From: a virus
Taxonomy: Duplodnaviria; Heunggongvirae; Uroviricota; Caudoviricetes
IMG/VR virus record: IMGVR_UViG_2690315922_000005
Reading direction: 5' to 3' (one strand)
DNA: 11,483 nucleotides
In this document: positions 1-7,681 of the stretch, in pieces
Position numbering within the stretch: the first letter of the stretch is position 1
Layout: the number at the start of each line of letters is the position of its first letter
The notes under the pieces: model-generated
What the model was told of the DNA's origin: nothing
The model's database searches: none
Seen by the model: only the letters and a program-made list of their open reading frames with translations
Position numbers and translations under genes: made by a program

Positions 1-1034
1 ACCGCCAGTTCATTTTTTGCAATGGAGATATTGTCTGCCGGTGTAAGCAACTGATGGCTGTATTCCCCGTTCGCACCGGAAATCGCCTCACTGATACGCG
101 ATACCTTCAGTTCTCCCTGCGGATAACCATCACGCAGCAGGAACGAACGCAACTCCGCGGTGATGGCAGCCCGTATTTCCGGTGTGTCCGGCGTCACGCG
201 GATATGAAAATCCACCGTATGTGCCACCGGCCTGAACACATACAAATCAGAGCCTGCCACCGGGGCCAGTGGCCCGATATGTTGTCTTGCCGCCGTTTCC
301 GTTGATTCTTCCGGAATGGGATTAATCAGGTCACTGCTGGCAATCATCACACCGACAGTTCCCGTTCCCATCCAGTGACGGTATGTCCATGCGCGGGTAA
401 TGCCGGGAACTTCTTTAGCCCAGACGACATAGTCCCCGTCAGCCCCGCCCTGCGGCGTCCAGTAATACCGCTCAATGACGCGGGCGCGCCACGTTTCCAG
501 ATCTTCAGTATCGAATCCGCCAGTCAGAGTATCTGCAACACCGGAAGACGGCAGACCATTCACCGGCGTGACCAGGATTAATGCCGTACCGTCGTCAGCG
601 TTACCGACCGCGCCTGCACTTGAGCAAGTGATCGGCACGCGCAGGACACCACCGGAGCTGGTTGCATCAGCAGTTGCCGTGTACTGAACCAGGTCATCGC
701 GCTGAATCACGCTCCCGGCAGTCACCTTCAGGCCATCGCTGACACCTTCCCAGCGCATATACCCGCTGGCAGCCGTGGCCCCCTTGCGCGGACACCGTTT
801 CATCGCAGCATGTCGCGCCAGCCAGGACTCATCGCACAGGTCAGGCAGCATGTTCATTGCCAGATAATCGATGTACCCGTAAACCGTATGCAGCGCCGCC
901 GCATACACCTTTGCCCGCACGTCTTCATCCATGCGCCGGAGCGTGTCGCTGACGTCCAGCCTGGCGAATAAATCGTTACGGAGCATACTGATATTTTCTG
1001 CCAGCGTCGGGCGCTGAAATTCACTGTCCGCCAT
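1..1034 (-). CDS. Baseplate J-like protein (Mu gp47 / P2 gpJ family), N-terminal part; gene continues past the window start
   Basis: Hand translation of the minus strand from ATG at 1034-1032 gives MADSEFQRPTLAENISMLRNDLFARLDVSDTLRRMDEDVRAKVYAAALHTVYGYIDYL... I checked several stretches across the region and found no in-frame stop; the rest rests on a single quick pass. Not in the ORF track because it has no stop inside the window. Its start overlaps the stop of the upstream GP46-like gene by 14 nt (ATGGCGGACAGTGA). Position right after the gp45/gp46 homologues matches Mu-type baseplate order. Confidence 0.7.
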   Translation of the reverse strand, partial: MADSEFQRPTLAENISMLRNDLFARLDVSDTLRRMDEDVRAKVYAAALHTVYGYIDYLAMNMLPDLCDESWLARHAAMKRCPRKGATAASGYMRWEGVSDGLKVTAGSVIQRDDLVQYTATADATSSGGVLRVPITCSSAGAVGNADDGTALILVTPVNGLPSSGVADTLTGGFDTEDLETWRARVIERYYWTPQGGADGDYVVWAKEVPGITRAWTYRHWMGTGTVGVMIASSDLINPIPEESTETAARQHIGPLAPVAGSDLYVFRPVAHTVDFHIRVTPDTPEIRAAITAELRSFLLRDGYPQGELKVSRISEAISGANGEYSHQLLTPADNISIAKNELA

Positions 1035-1449
1035 GCGTTATCGCACTCCACAGATCATCAAAAGAAATCATTACCGGTCCGTCACGACGCCAGAGAGTGA
1101 TACTGTTACCCAGTTCATTAATCCCGGTGCGGCGGATATCCAGATCAATACGGGACACCACGCCATCATCAATCATCCATTGCAGGCATTCGCGGATATA
1201 CCCCCTTACCGTCTGCACCAGCTGATTGGTCAGTTTGCTGCGCTGAAGCAGCCACAGTCGGGAGCCGTAACGGTCATTCTGTACTGCAGGCCAGGTATCC
1301 CCCCACCATCCCATCGGGACGTCGGCGTTGTCATCAGGCTCCGCCCGCCGCCAGGTAAACAGGGAAATCACCACGGCGCGGGTCAGCGGATCCAGCGGTG
1401 CGCTGGCGCAGGTGCGTTTACCGTTCACCGTCAGCCACAGTTCCATCAT
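1021..1449 (-). CDS. Baseplate wedge protein, phage GP46 family (Mu gp46-like; T4 gp25 / P2 gpW-like)
   Basis: 142-aa ORF in the track. Size and position between the gpV-like spike and baseplate J-like genes fit. Start overlaps the upstream gene's stop. Confidence 0.65.
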   Translation of the reverse strand: MMELWLTVNGKRTCASAPLDPLTRAVVISLFTWRRAEPDDNADVPMGWWGDTWPAVQNDRYGSRLWLLQRSKLTNQLVQTVRGYIRECLQWMIDDGVVSRIDLDIRRTGINELGNSITLWRRDGPVMISFDDLWSAITHGGQ

Positions 1450-1994
1450 GCCTCCATCGCTTTATCCGGTTTGTCGGTGTTACTGCCCTGACCGTTCTCT
1501 CTGTGACTATGCCCGTTATAGGCAAGCCGCATCGCTGACATGGTGGTGCCGCCGGAGTCGCACAGGTCTTTCACCTGTCCTGTCACTTCCAGGTCCATTT
1601 CAAAACGTGCTTCAGGTGCATTGCGAAACGTGATCGTTTTACCTGCACCGTCCACCACGATCCCCTCCCGGGTCAGCGTCACGGACTGCCCCTGATCGTC
1701 ATAGACAGCCACCTCACCCGTCTGCAGCCCTTTCAGGCGGTAGCGACGGTCCGACACCGTAACAACCACCGCATGAGAACGGTCGCCATCCGGAAACAAC
1801 ACCACCGCTTCCGCACCGCTGTTTGCCCTTGCGGTAAAACCGTAGGGTTCAAGATGTTCAACCCCGGCTTTGGGTTCACCGGCAATCAGGAACACATCCA
1901 CGGTCTGACATTTCGTGGCGGCACTGATGCTTTTCACCACGGCCCGCCCAATCAGGCCGAGGAGTTGTCGCTGCATGGCTTCAATCGTCCTCAT
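1446..1994 (-). CDS. Baseplate assembly protein V-like spike (Mu gp45 / P2 gpV family)
   Basis: 182-aa ORF. Size and position immediately after the gpP-like gene fit, with a glycine-rich C-terminal tail. Shares an ATGA start/stop overlap with the upstream gene. Confidence 0.7.
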   Translation of the reverse strand: MRTIEAMQRQLLGLIGRAVVKSISAATKCQTVDVFLIAGEPKAGVEHLEPYGFTARANSGAEAVVLFPDGDRSHAVVVTVSDRRYRLKGLQTGEVAVYDDQGQSVTLTREGIVVDGAGKTITFRNAPEARFEMDLEVTGQVKDLCDSGGTTMSAMRLAYNGHSHRENGQGSNTDKPDKAMEA

Positions 1995-3073
1995 CAGAAC
2001 GGGTCCTCCTGTACTCTGGCTTTTTTCTTTTTCCGCGCGCCGGGGGCTTCGGGTTCAGGCAGATAAGCATCAGGCGGGCCGACACGGATTTCCGTCAGGG
2101 TGCCGTTCTGGTCCTGAGTAAACGTGACTTCCGAAACAAGCAGTTCGGTATTGTCGAAACCACAGACCGGATCAAAGACAATCACCCGCTGGTTGGGCTG
2201 CCACAGCGTACCGTTACCCTGTCGCCAGCCCTGCACCACATAGGTGGTTTCATCCGTCCGCGCCGCCCGTTGTCGGGCTTCAAAGTCCGCACGGGCAATA
2301 CAGCCTGCCCCCGTAGCCTGCCCTGTCTGCCTGATATACATCGGACGGTAACGGGCAATAAATGCGTCCTCTGTGCGGGCCCGCAGCGCGGTGGTGGTGG
2401 CCTCACCGAAATCATCGTCGTTTCCGGCACGCTGCCCCGCCACCTGGTAAACTGAAAACCGCTCCCGGATACTCTTCTCCGTATCGCAGGAAAGGATGTT
2501 TTCCCCGAGTACCAGCGCAGTATGTGCCCGCGTTGAGCCAATACCACCAATCACCAGCCTGCCGTGCGGGTCGTCGTAAGCCAGTGCCTGCTGCTGACCG
2601 AGTATTTTGTTGATTACCTCAATCACCGTTTCACCGTGATCGGGCTGGACGTCAGGAATAACACCCGACTGCGCACCGTTGTTCACCACCTCAATGCCGA
2701 AAGGCGCAGCAAGCGCCTGCGCAATCTGTACCAGCGATCGTCCGTTAAACTGTGTCGGTTCGGCTGCACAGTCAATCAGGTCAGCAGTCAGACTACGTCC
2801 GGCAATACCGGTGCTGACCGAACGGGCATCGTAACGAACGGGGGTCGCCTCCACCCAGCCGGTGATCACCAGCTCATCACCAATCAGCACTTCCACTTTT
2901 GAACCATTTTTAATGCGCGGCTGAAGCGTGGTGATACCCTCATCTCCCGGCCACTGGCGGGTGATCTCCACGCTGAAATCCCGCGCCAGCCGTTCAATAC
3001 CGGCACCGATGCGCACCGATGTCCAGCCATTCCACTCCCGGCCATTTACCCGTAGCGTGACATTGTCGTTCAT
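1994..3073 (-). CDS. Baseplate hub protein, Mu gpP-like (gp44; phage late control D family)
   Basis: 359-aa ORF (MNDNVTLRVNGREWNGWTSVRIGAGIERLARDF...) sitting between the gpN-like and gpV-like genes. Ends in a poly-lysine tail (KKKKARVQEDPF). Confidence 0.75.
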   Translation of the reverse strand: MNDNVTLRVNGREWNGWTSVRIGAGIERLARDFSVEITRQWPGDEGITTLQPRIKNGSKVEVLIGDELVITGWVEATPVRYDARSVSTGIAGRSLTADLIDCAAEPTQFNGRSLVQIAQALAAPFGIEVVNNGAQSGVIPDVQPDHGETVIEVINKILGQQQALAYDDPHGRLVIGGIGSTRAHTALVLGENILSCDTEKSIRERFSVYQVAGQRAGNDDDFGEATTTALRARTEDAFIARYRPMYIRQTGQATGAGCIARADFEARQRAARTDETTYVVQGWRQGNGTLWQPNQRVIVFDPVCGFDNTELLVSEVTFTQDQNGTLTEIRVGPPDAYLPEPEAPGARKKKKARVQEDPF

Positions 3074-4398
3074 TGCACTGGCACCTTCAGAGGGATCACC
3101 GGCACAAAGCCGGGATGCGTAATGGCATTACGCAGGATAATGTCCGCGTCACGCGCCGCGTTATCAAACCAGGTCGCCGCCAGCACCAGCGCGGGTAAAA
3201 CCTCATCCGGCGTGCGCTGAATGATCCGAGCAGACTGTTCAAGGCGCGTGTTGATATCCGCATTCAGATCTGCTTTCACCCGGCGCAGCGCCAGAAACAG
3301 CGCATCACTGGTTGTACGGGACAACTCCTTATCAATTGCCATATTCAGTGTGTCGCGAATGTCGGTCAGTTCTTCCCACGTTGGCAGGTCAACCGTGTTT
3401 TTCACCGCCGGTGCATTGTTCAGCACCGGATGCGTGACGGCAGGCCAGCCGGAGCTCTGCGCGGGTGTTGTTGACTGCCCCACTGCGGCATTCTGCATCA
3501 CCGCAGAAGTTGTTGGCGCAGGCAATCGGGTAACGGCATACGCCGCTTCGCTGATTGCGGTCGTACGAAGGGTGCTGGCAACCACGTTACGCTGCTGCGT
3601 CGCCGTGGCGGTGGTTTTACTGTCCGTTTTCCAGACGCCGCGCGGTTGCAGATCGCTGCCGAGGCTGACACCGGAAAGCGTTTTGATCATGGTGACCAGG
3701 TCGCTGGCGTTACCATAAAGGCGTTTCCCGGTACGCCACATTTTCTGCACCTGCTCAACGAAATTTTTGCCTGACGATGGCGGCGGCAGAAGTACCGAGA
3801 TATCCCCCTGCAACAGCCTGGCGGCATCCGATACGGCAGAATCCACCACTTTCATCGCATCAGAAACATACCCAAGCATTGTGCTGGCATTACCGACGAC
3901 ATCGTTCTGCACAAAATCTGCCACGCCATCGATACTGAAACTACTGAAACTGTCACTGATGCAGTCATCCAGTGCAGAACAGGATGACATCAGCGTCTGC
4001 GCCGTCGCCGCACCTGATGTGGGGTAAGAGAGTTCTCCCGCTTCGACAAACTTCAGGTCAAAGCGGACAATACGCCCTTCACTCTTCGATGTGCTGACCC
4101 GAAATTCTCCGTCAACACAGACTTTCAGCTCACCGTAAGTCGGATGGACAAGCGTGCCGGGACCGGGTTTATTCAGCGCGTCAATCAGGCGATCGCGCTG
4201 GTCAAAGCAGTCATCTCCCACCACATAAGCCGTGATGGACGGGCGGAAAGTGATTTTCCCCAGGTCTTCGGTATAGGGTTTGTCGCGGTTCGGGTATTCG
4301 TGCGTTTCCACACGACGGCCAGTTCCCGCACTTTCTTCTTCAACCTTAAACGGCACACCTCGAAATGACGCATCCTGAAGCCTGTCTTTCCACGTCAT
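3070..4398 (-). CDS. DNA circularization protein N-like tail protein (Mu gpN / gp43 family)
   Basis: 442-aa ORF (MTWKDRLQDASFRGVPFKVEEESAGTGRRVETHEYPNRDKPYTEDLG...). The conserved N-terminal region is recognisable. GGAG Shine-Dalgarno 5 nt upstream of the ATG. Confidence 0.75.
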   Translation of the reverse strand: MTWKDRLQDASFRGVPFKVEEESAGTGRRVETHEYPNRDKPYTEDLGKITFRPSITAYVVGDDCFDQRDRLIDALNKPGPGTLVHPTYGELKVCVDGEFRVSTSKSEGRIVRFDLKFVEAGELSYPTSGAATAQTLMSSCSALDDCISDSFSSFSIDGVADFVQNDVVGNASTMLGYVSDAMKVVDSAVSDAARLLQGDISVLLPPPSSGKNFVEQVQKMWRTGKRLYGNASDLVTMIKTLSGVSLGSDLQPRGVWKTDSKTTATATQQRNVVASTLRTTAISEAAYAVTRLPAPTTSAVMQNAAVGQSTTPAQSSGWPAVTHPVLNNAPAVKNTVDLPTWEELTDIRDTLNMAIDKELSRTTSDALFLALRRVKADLNADINTRLEQSARIIQRTPDEVLPALVLAATWFDNAARDADIILRNAITHPGFVPVIPLKVPVQ

Positions 4399-4408
4399 AT
4401 ATACTCCG

Positions 4409-4439
4409 AAAATTAAAAAGCCACCTATTAGAAGGTGGC
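4409..4439 (-). terminator. Rho-independent terminator downstream of the moron ORF
   Basis: Minus strand reads GCCACCT-TCTAAT-AGGTGGC (7-bp perfect stem, 6-nt loop) followed directly by TTTTTAATTTT. It lies 20 nt past the moron stop codon and ends about 10 nt before the gpN-like ATG. Confidence 0.75.
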
Positions 4440-4459
4440 CTTGTAATGAATTTTATTAA

Positions 4460-4990
4460 TTAGCGAGTCAGAAACAACGAATCTTTATACTTTTGCTGTT
4501 GTTCATTTAAATACTTAGCTGTTTCATCGCTGGCAAATGGAAATATTACCGTATTTTTAGGCATGGTAATTTCTTTTTTGTCCAGCGTCAGAGTAAACAT
4601 AGGAACATACTGAGCAGAGTAACGCACCGCAGAAACGAGCTCTAGTTTAGACTCTTCAACAACACTTAAATTATCCAGGCTAACTTTCTCTTCATCTTTT
4701 TTCTTTGACGCATTTAAAGTTTTTATTACTTTATTTAATTTCTCCTGAAAATCCTCCTTAAAGTTTTCAGGATTGCCGTCGACAACAAGAATCTGTTCAC
4801 CCTGATTATCTGGAAAAATAATCTTTGCACTTATCAATTTATTTTCTTTATAAACATCACCAAGTTTTATGGCTCCTCCAGATAACTGAATAATATGTTC
4901 ATCTTTAAAGGAGATGTTGCCAGAGATTATGAGAGATGAAAAAATAGCCGCTGCTCCAAGAATTACACTTGCTGTGATATAGCCTTTCAT
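4460..4990 (-). CDS. Moron-encoded hypothetical protein, 176 aa, with an N-terminal membrane anchor or signal sequence; lysine/glutamate-rich; family not recognised
   Basis: Intact ORF in an AT-rich island (about 30-35% G+C by eye against about 55-60% in flanking tail genes). The N-terminus MKGYITASVILGAAAIFSSLIISG is a roughly 20-residue hydrophobic segment after a basic residue; it has no cysteine, so it is not a lipoprotein. Has its own promoter and terminator. Confidence 0.8.
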   Translation of the reverse strand: MKGYITASVILGAAAIFSSLIISGNISFKDEHIIQLSGGAIKLGDVYKENKLISAKIIFPDNQGEQILVVDGNPENFKEDFQEKLNKVIKTLNASKKKDEEKVSLDNLSVVEESKLELVSAVRYSAQYVPMFTLTLDKKEITMPKNTVIFPFASDETAKYLNEQQQKYKDSLFLTR

Positions 4991-5025
4991 TTTTCGCCTA
5001 TTAACATTTTTCTAAATGTGCATTA

Positions 5026-5053
5026 ATTCTATCACTCTATTTATGACTTACAA
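5026..5053 (-). promoter_or_regulatory. Candidate sigma70 promoter for the moron gene
   Basis: Minus strand reads TTGTAA (-35, 5053-5048), a 16-nt spacer, then TAGAAT (-10, 5031-5026) preceded by TG-A (extended -10 like). About 35 nt upstream of the moron ATG at 4990, in the gap after the tape-measure stop. Confidence 0.5.
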
Positions 5054-5081
5054 CCAGCAATACCTGTGAGGGGAATCCTGG

Positions 5082-6914
5082 CTACCAAAATCGGGTATAG
5101 CCAACATCGTGATTTATATCAATGCCACTGGAGCGTGTTTCCGTAACCCGCATACCTGATGGCATATTTATAAATGATACCTTGATCTCACCATCAACTT
5201 TTGGCGCGGTAGCTTTATTAATCATGAAGGGATTCGGGCCTGTGGCACCGGAGGCGTTGTTTGCCTGAGCCGGATCCACCGCCGGATAAGGTGTGTATCC
5301 CCGCGCCGGTATTCCCGTCCCATAAGCATCATAAGCACCCGCGCCCCACTGCGCAGAGTTAATGGCATCGACCGTGTCACCGGAACTGTCGGTAAACCAC
5401 TCAATAATTGGCTTCAGCTTGTCCCACATATCCTGAAACCACTTAACAACCGGTCCCCAGTTATTGATCACCATCCCCAGCGGCGACCAGGCAAAAACCT
5501 TCTTCAGAAGTTCCCAACCTGCCTCAAAATAAGGACCAATGGTTTCCCAGAGCTTCTTGAAATAAGGTCCGACAACATCCCAGTTAGTGATAATTAATCC
5601 CGCAGCCAGAGCAATCGCCGTCGCAATCATGCCAATCGGCGTCATCGACATAATCCTGCTGACAATACTGATGGCACTGCCCACGCCCATCAATCCCAGT
5701 TTCAGAATCGCAAGACCGGCAGCAAGCCCGACGACGCCGCGAATAACCCGGGGATTTTCATCCGCAAACTTCGTGAATTTCTCCCCCAACTCCCCCAGCC
5801 ATTGTGTGATATTTTTAGCGTCACCAGAAAATGCGCCGCCAATAGCCGCAAGGCCGTTAGTTGCGGTCCCTGTCATTGCCTCCCACAGGTTGGACAGCGT
5901 ACCAAGCTGTGCCTGAACACGTTTATTCAGGCTGGCCTGTTTATGCATCTTCTGCTGGATCTGATCGTAGCCATCCTTTCCTTTATCGATTAGTGCATTG
6001 ACCACCTGAAGGGTTTCGGCATCATCACCAAATATTGCCTTAAGTACACCGGTTCGCTTAACGTCGGTCAGTTTTCGCAGCTTTGCCAGTTGCCTGAACA
6101 TGTTATCAAGACCGCCAAAACTTCCTTTGCCGTCAGTAAAATCGAGCTGTACCCCGAGTTTCTGGCGGGCCATAACTTTATTAACGTCCCTGATTTTCTT
6201 AACGCTTAATCCGGACTGGATAACTTTTCGCAGGGCATTACCTGCCGACTCCCCGTTCATCCCCATCTGATCCATCATGACGCTGATGGGGGCAAGGCTC
6301 TGTGCAGCCTGAAGACCATCCTTGTTCACCATCTTCAGAACAGAACTGGTTTTAGTGAAGAAGGACAACATGTTGGTATCGTCAACGCCCAGATAAAACG
6401 CCTTCTGGATAGTGTCGAACAGCCCCATCATGTCTTCTGACGCCGTTCCGGTAGCATCCTGCATCTTTGCAGCAAACTCGGCAGCCGCTTCCGGTGTTTT
6501 TTTCAGTTGTACCGCAAGATAAGCTGTCGCTTTACCCACACCACCCAGAATGTTTTCTGCCGGGATCCCCTGACGCACCAGCATCTGCATCATGTTCTGG
6601 AAATCAGCCGTTGTACCGGGTAGCTGGTTACCCAGGCCAATAGCCAGTTTATTGATGTCCTGAAAGCTCTTTCCAACCTCGCCGTTCGCATCCATCATGG
6701 CGACTTTCAGCCCGGTGGCGGCGTTTTCCTGATCGGCATAAGATTTCAGGGAAAGCGTCAGACCCGCTGCCAGTCCGCCCCCAAGCGCCAGCCCACCCTG
6801 TGACGCTTCTTCCGCCTGGCGTTTAAATCCCCGGATTTTCTTTTGCATTTTCGACAGCGCGGGAGAAAGCCTGTCGACACCGGTGATCAACGCCTTAAGC
6901 TCAAATTCAGCCAT
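5082..6914 (-). CDS. Tail tape measure protein
   Basis: 610-aa ORF, Ala/Gly/Leu-rich with an internal hydrophobic stretch. Immediately follows the chaperone pair, and its start overlaps the end of the frameshift-extension ORF, which is the canonical arrangement. Confidence 0.85.
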   Translation of the reverse strand: MAEFELKALITGVDRLSPALSKMQKKIRGFKRQAEEASQGGLALGGGLAAGLTLSLKSYADQENAATGLKVAMMDANGEVGKSFQDINKLAIGLGNQLPGTTADFQNMMQMLVRQGIPAENILGGVGKATAYLAVQLKKTPEAAAEFAAKMQDATGTASEDMMGLFDTIQKAFYLGVDDTNMLSFFTKTSSVLKMVNKDGLQAAQSLAPISVMMDQMGMNGESAGNALRKVIQSGLSVKKIRDVNKVMARQKLGVQLDFTDGKGSFGGLDNMFRQLAKLRKLTDVKRTGVLKAIFGDDAETLQVVNALIDKGKDGYDQIQQKMHKQASLNKRVQAQLGTLSNLWEAMTGTATNGLAAIGGAFSGDAKNITQWLGELGEKFTKFADENPRVIRGVVGLAAGLAILKLGLMGVGSAISIVSRIMSMTPIGMIATAIALAAGLIITNWDVVGPYFKKLWETIGPYFEAGWELLKKVFAWSPLGMVINNWGPVVKWFQDMWDKLKPIIEWFTDSSGDTVDAINSAQWGAGAYDAYGTGIPARGYTPYPAVDPAQANNASGATGPNPFMINKATAPKVDGEIKVSFINMPSGMRVTETRSSGIDINHDVGYTRFW

Positions 6915-7074
6915 GTGTGCGTTTCTCCTGCTCTATCCTGTTTGCCTGACTGACCAGTAAGGGAATTTCACTGATCGGCATATTCAGCAATTCGAAAGGA
7001 TTAATGCGCCAGTAGCTGGCGCAGTCAAAGAAGCGATCAGTGAGGTATTCAGCCGTCAGGCCTGGAGGAAAAAA
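6907..7074 (-). CDS. -1 frame extension of the tail assembly chaperone (gpGT-like fusion product, predicted programmed frameshift)
   Basis: The -1 frame ORF (track 6907..7089) overlaps the 3' end of the chaperone gene and stays open to a TGA at 6907, overlapping the tape measure start. The slip site T TTT TTC is at 7074-7068 on the minus strand. Confidence 0.5.
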   Translation of the reverse strand, partial: FFPPGLTAEYLTDRFFDCASYWRINPFELLNMPISEIPLLVSQANRIEQEKRTHG

Positions 7075-7325
7075 CCAGCCACAAGCCACGCCGCTGCATT
7101 CAGGTCTGCCGGAGACATCTGGTCGACAGAGCTTTGCGGCACTTTCGCCAGCCGCACAATGTATTTCGACACCACATGCGCCAGAAGTTTGACTGACTCA
7201 TCCTGATTCATCTGGTAGGGATACCCCAGCTCGCGGACATCCTTCCCGGTGGGCTCATCAAACTCCAGTACGGAGAGTGTCTCGCCATGAGCAGTAATCG
7301 GTTTCTTTAACTCAAGCTCTTTCAT
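7056..7325 (-). CDS. Tail assembly chaperone (Mu gp41-like; lambda gpG analogue)
   Basis: 89-aa ORF between the tube and tape measure genes. Ends ...GGT TTT TTC CTC CAG GCC TGA, containing the slippery heptamer T TTT TTC. Confidence 0.7.
   Translation of the reverse strand: MKELELKKPITAHGETLSVLEFDEPTGKDVRELGYPYQMNQDESVKLLAHVVSKYIVRLAKVPQSSVDQMSPADLNAAAWLVAGFFLQA
7068..7074 (-). promoter_or_regulatory. Slippery heptanucleotide U UUU UUC (X XXY YYZ) for -1 ribosomal frameshifting
   Basis: Plus strand is gaaaaaa at 7068-7074, so minus strand is TTTTTTC in the zero-frame register T TTT TTC, four codons before the chaperone stop. Confidence 0.5.
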
Positions 7326-7681
7326 TACTGGTAATCCCCTTCTTCACCGTGGAACTCAAGATCAACCGTGCCTTCTTCGGCATTATGGTTCGCTTCGCCG
7401 TGCAGCCAGGCAGACGACAGTACATAGACCTGACCGTTCGCCAGCTCGGCAGTGATAGTCATCTCATCAGACGAGGTGATTTTGTTCACCGGAAAATTCT
7501 TCGGCACCTTGAAAGTCCCTTTGACATAAGGCGCACGGTGAGTTTCCTTGCGGTCCACTGAACCGTCCAGGCCGATGATGTCATCATTGACCGTCCTGTT
7601 CATGGGCACCTCAATGCCGCCGGTCAGCGATAGCTGTTGACCGTCAATTTTGAAATAACAGGTTCCCCCGATACGGGCCAT
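7325..7681 (-). CDS. Tail tube protein (Mu gpM / gp40-like)
   Basis: 118-aa ORF directly after the sheath gene with a 1-nt start/stop overlap. The size and position are as expected for the tube protein of a contractile tail. Its stop overlaps the chaperone start (TAATG). Confidence 0.75.
   Translation of the reverse strand: MARIGGTCYFKIDGQQLSLTGGIEVPMNRTVNDDIIGLDGSVDRKETHRAPYVKGTFKVPKNFPVNKITSSDEMTITAELANGQVYVLSSAWLHGEANHNAEEGTVDLEFHGEEGDYQ

Noticed and set aside
854-1051. 65-aa minus-strand ORF at the start of the baseplate J-like gene
   Set aside because: It is out of frame within the longer open frame that starts at 1034 and runs to the window edge, and which has recognisable baseplate-protein character.
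2018-2040. A-rich run (AAA AAG AAA AAA on the minus strand) encoding the poly-lysine tail of the gpP-like protein, considered as a second frameshift or transcriptional slippage site
   Set aside because: No canonical X XXY YYZ heptamer is present in the zero-frame register, the gene ends 8 codons later, and the next gene has its own coupled ATG at the stop. There is no extended alternative-frame ORF to fuse to.
2182-2550. 122-aa minus-strand ORF inside the gpP-like gene in another frame, plus similar internal ORFs (4185..4373 minus, 4144..4368 plus, 5222..5404 minus, 8348..8548 minus)
   Set aside because: They are fully nested in alternative frames of well-supported long genes and have Arg/Pro-rich, low-complexity translations typical of off-frame GC-rich sequence.
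4399-5081. Terminal inverted repeats, flanking direct repeats or a transposase or integrase that would mark the AT-rich island as an IS or other mobile element
   Set aside because: Reading both boundaries by eye I found no repeated sequence flanking the island, and there is no transposase or recombinase ORF. It is better described as a moron than as a mobile element.
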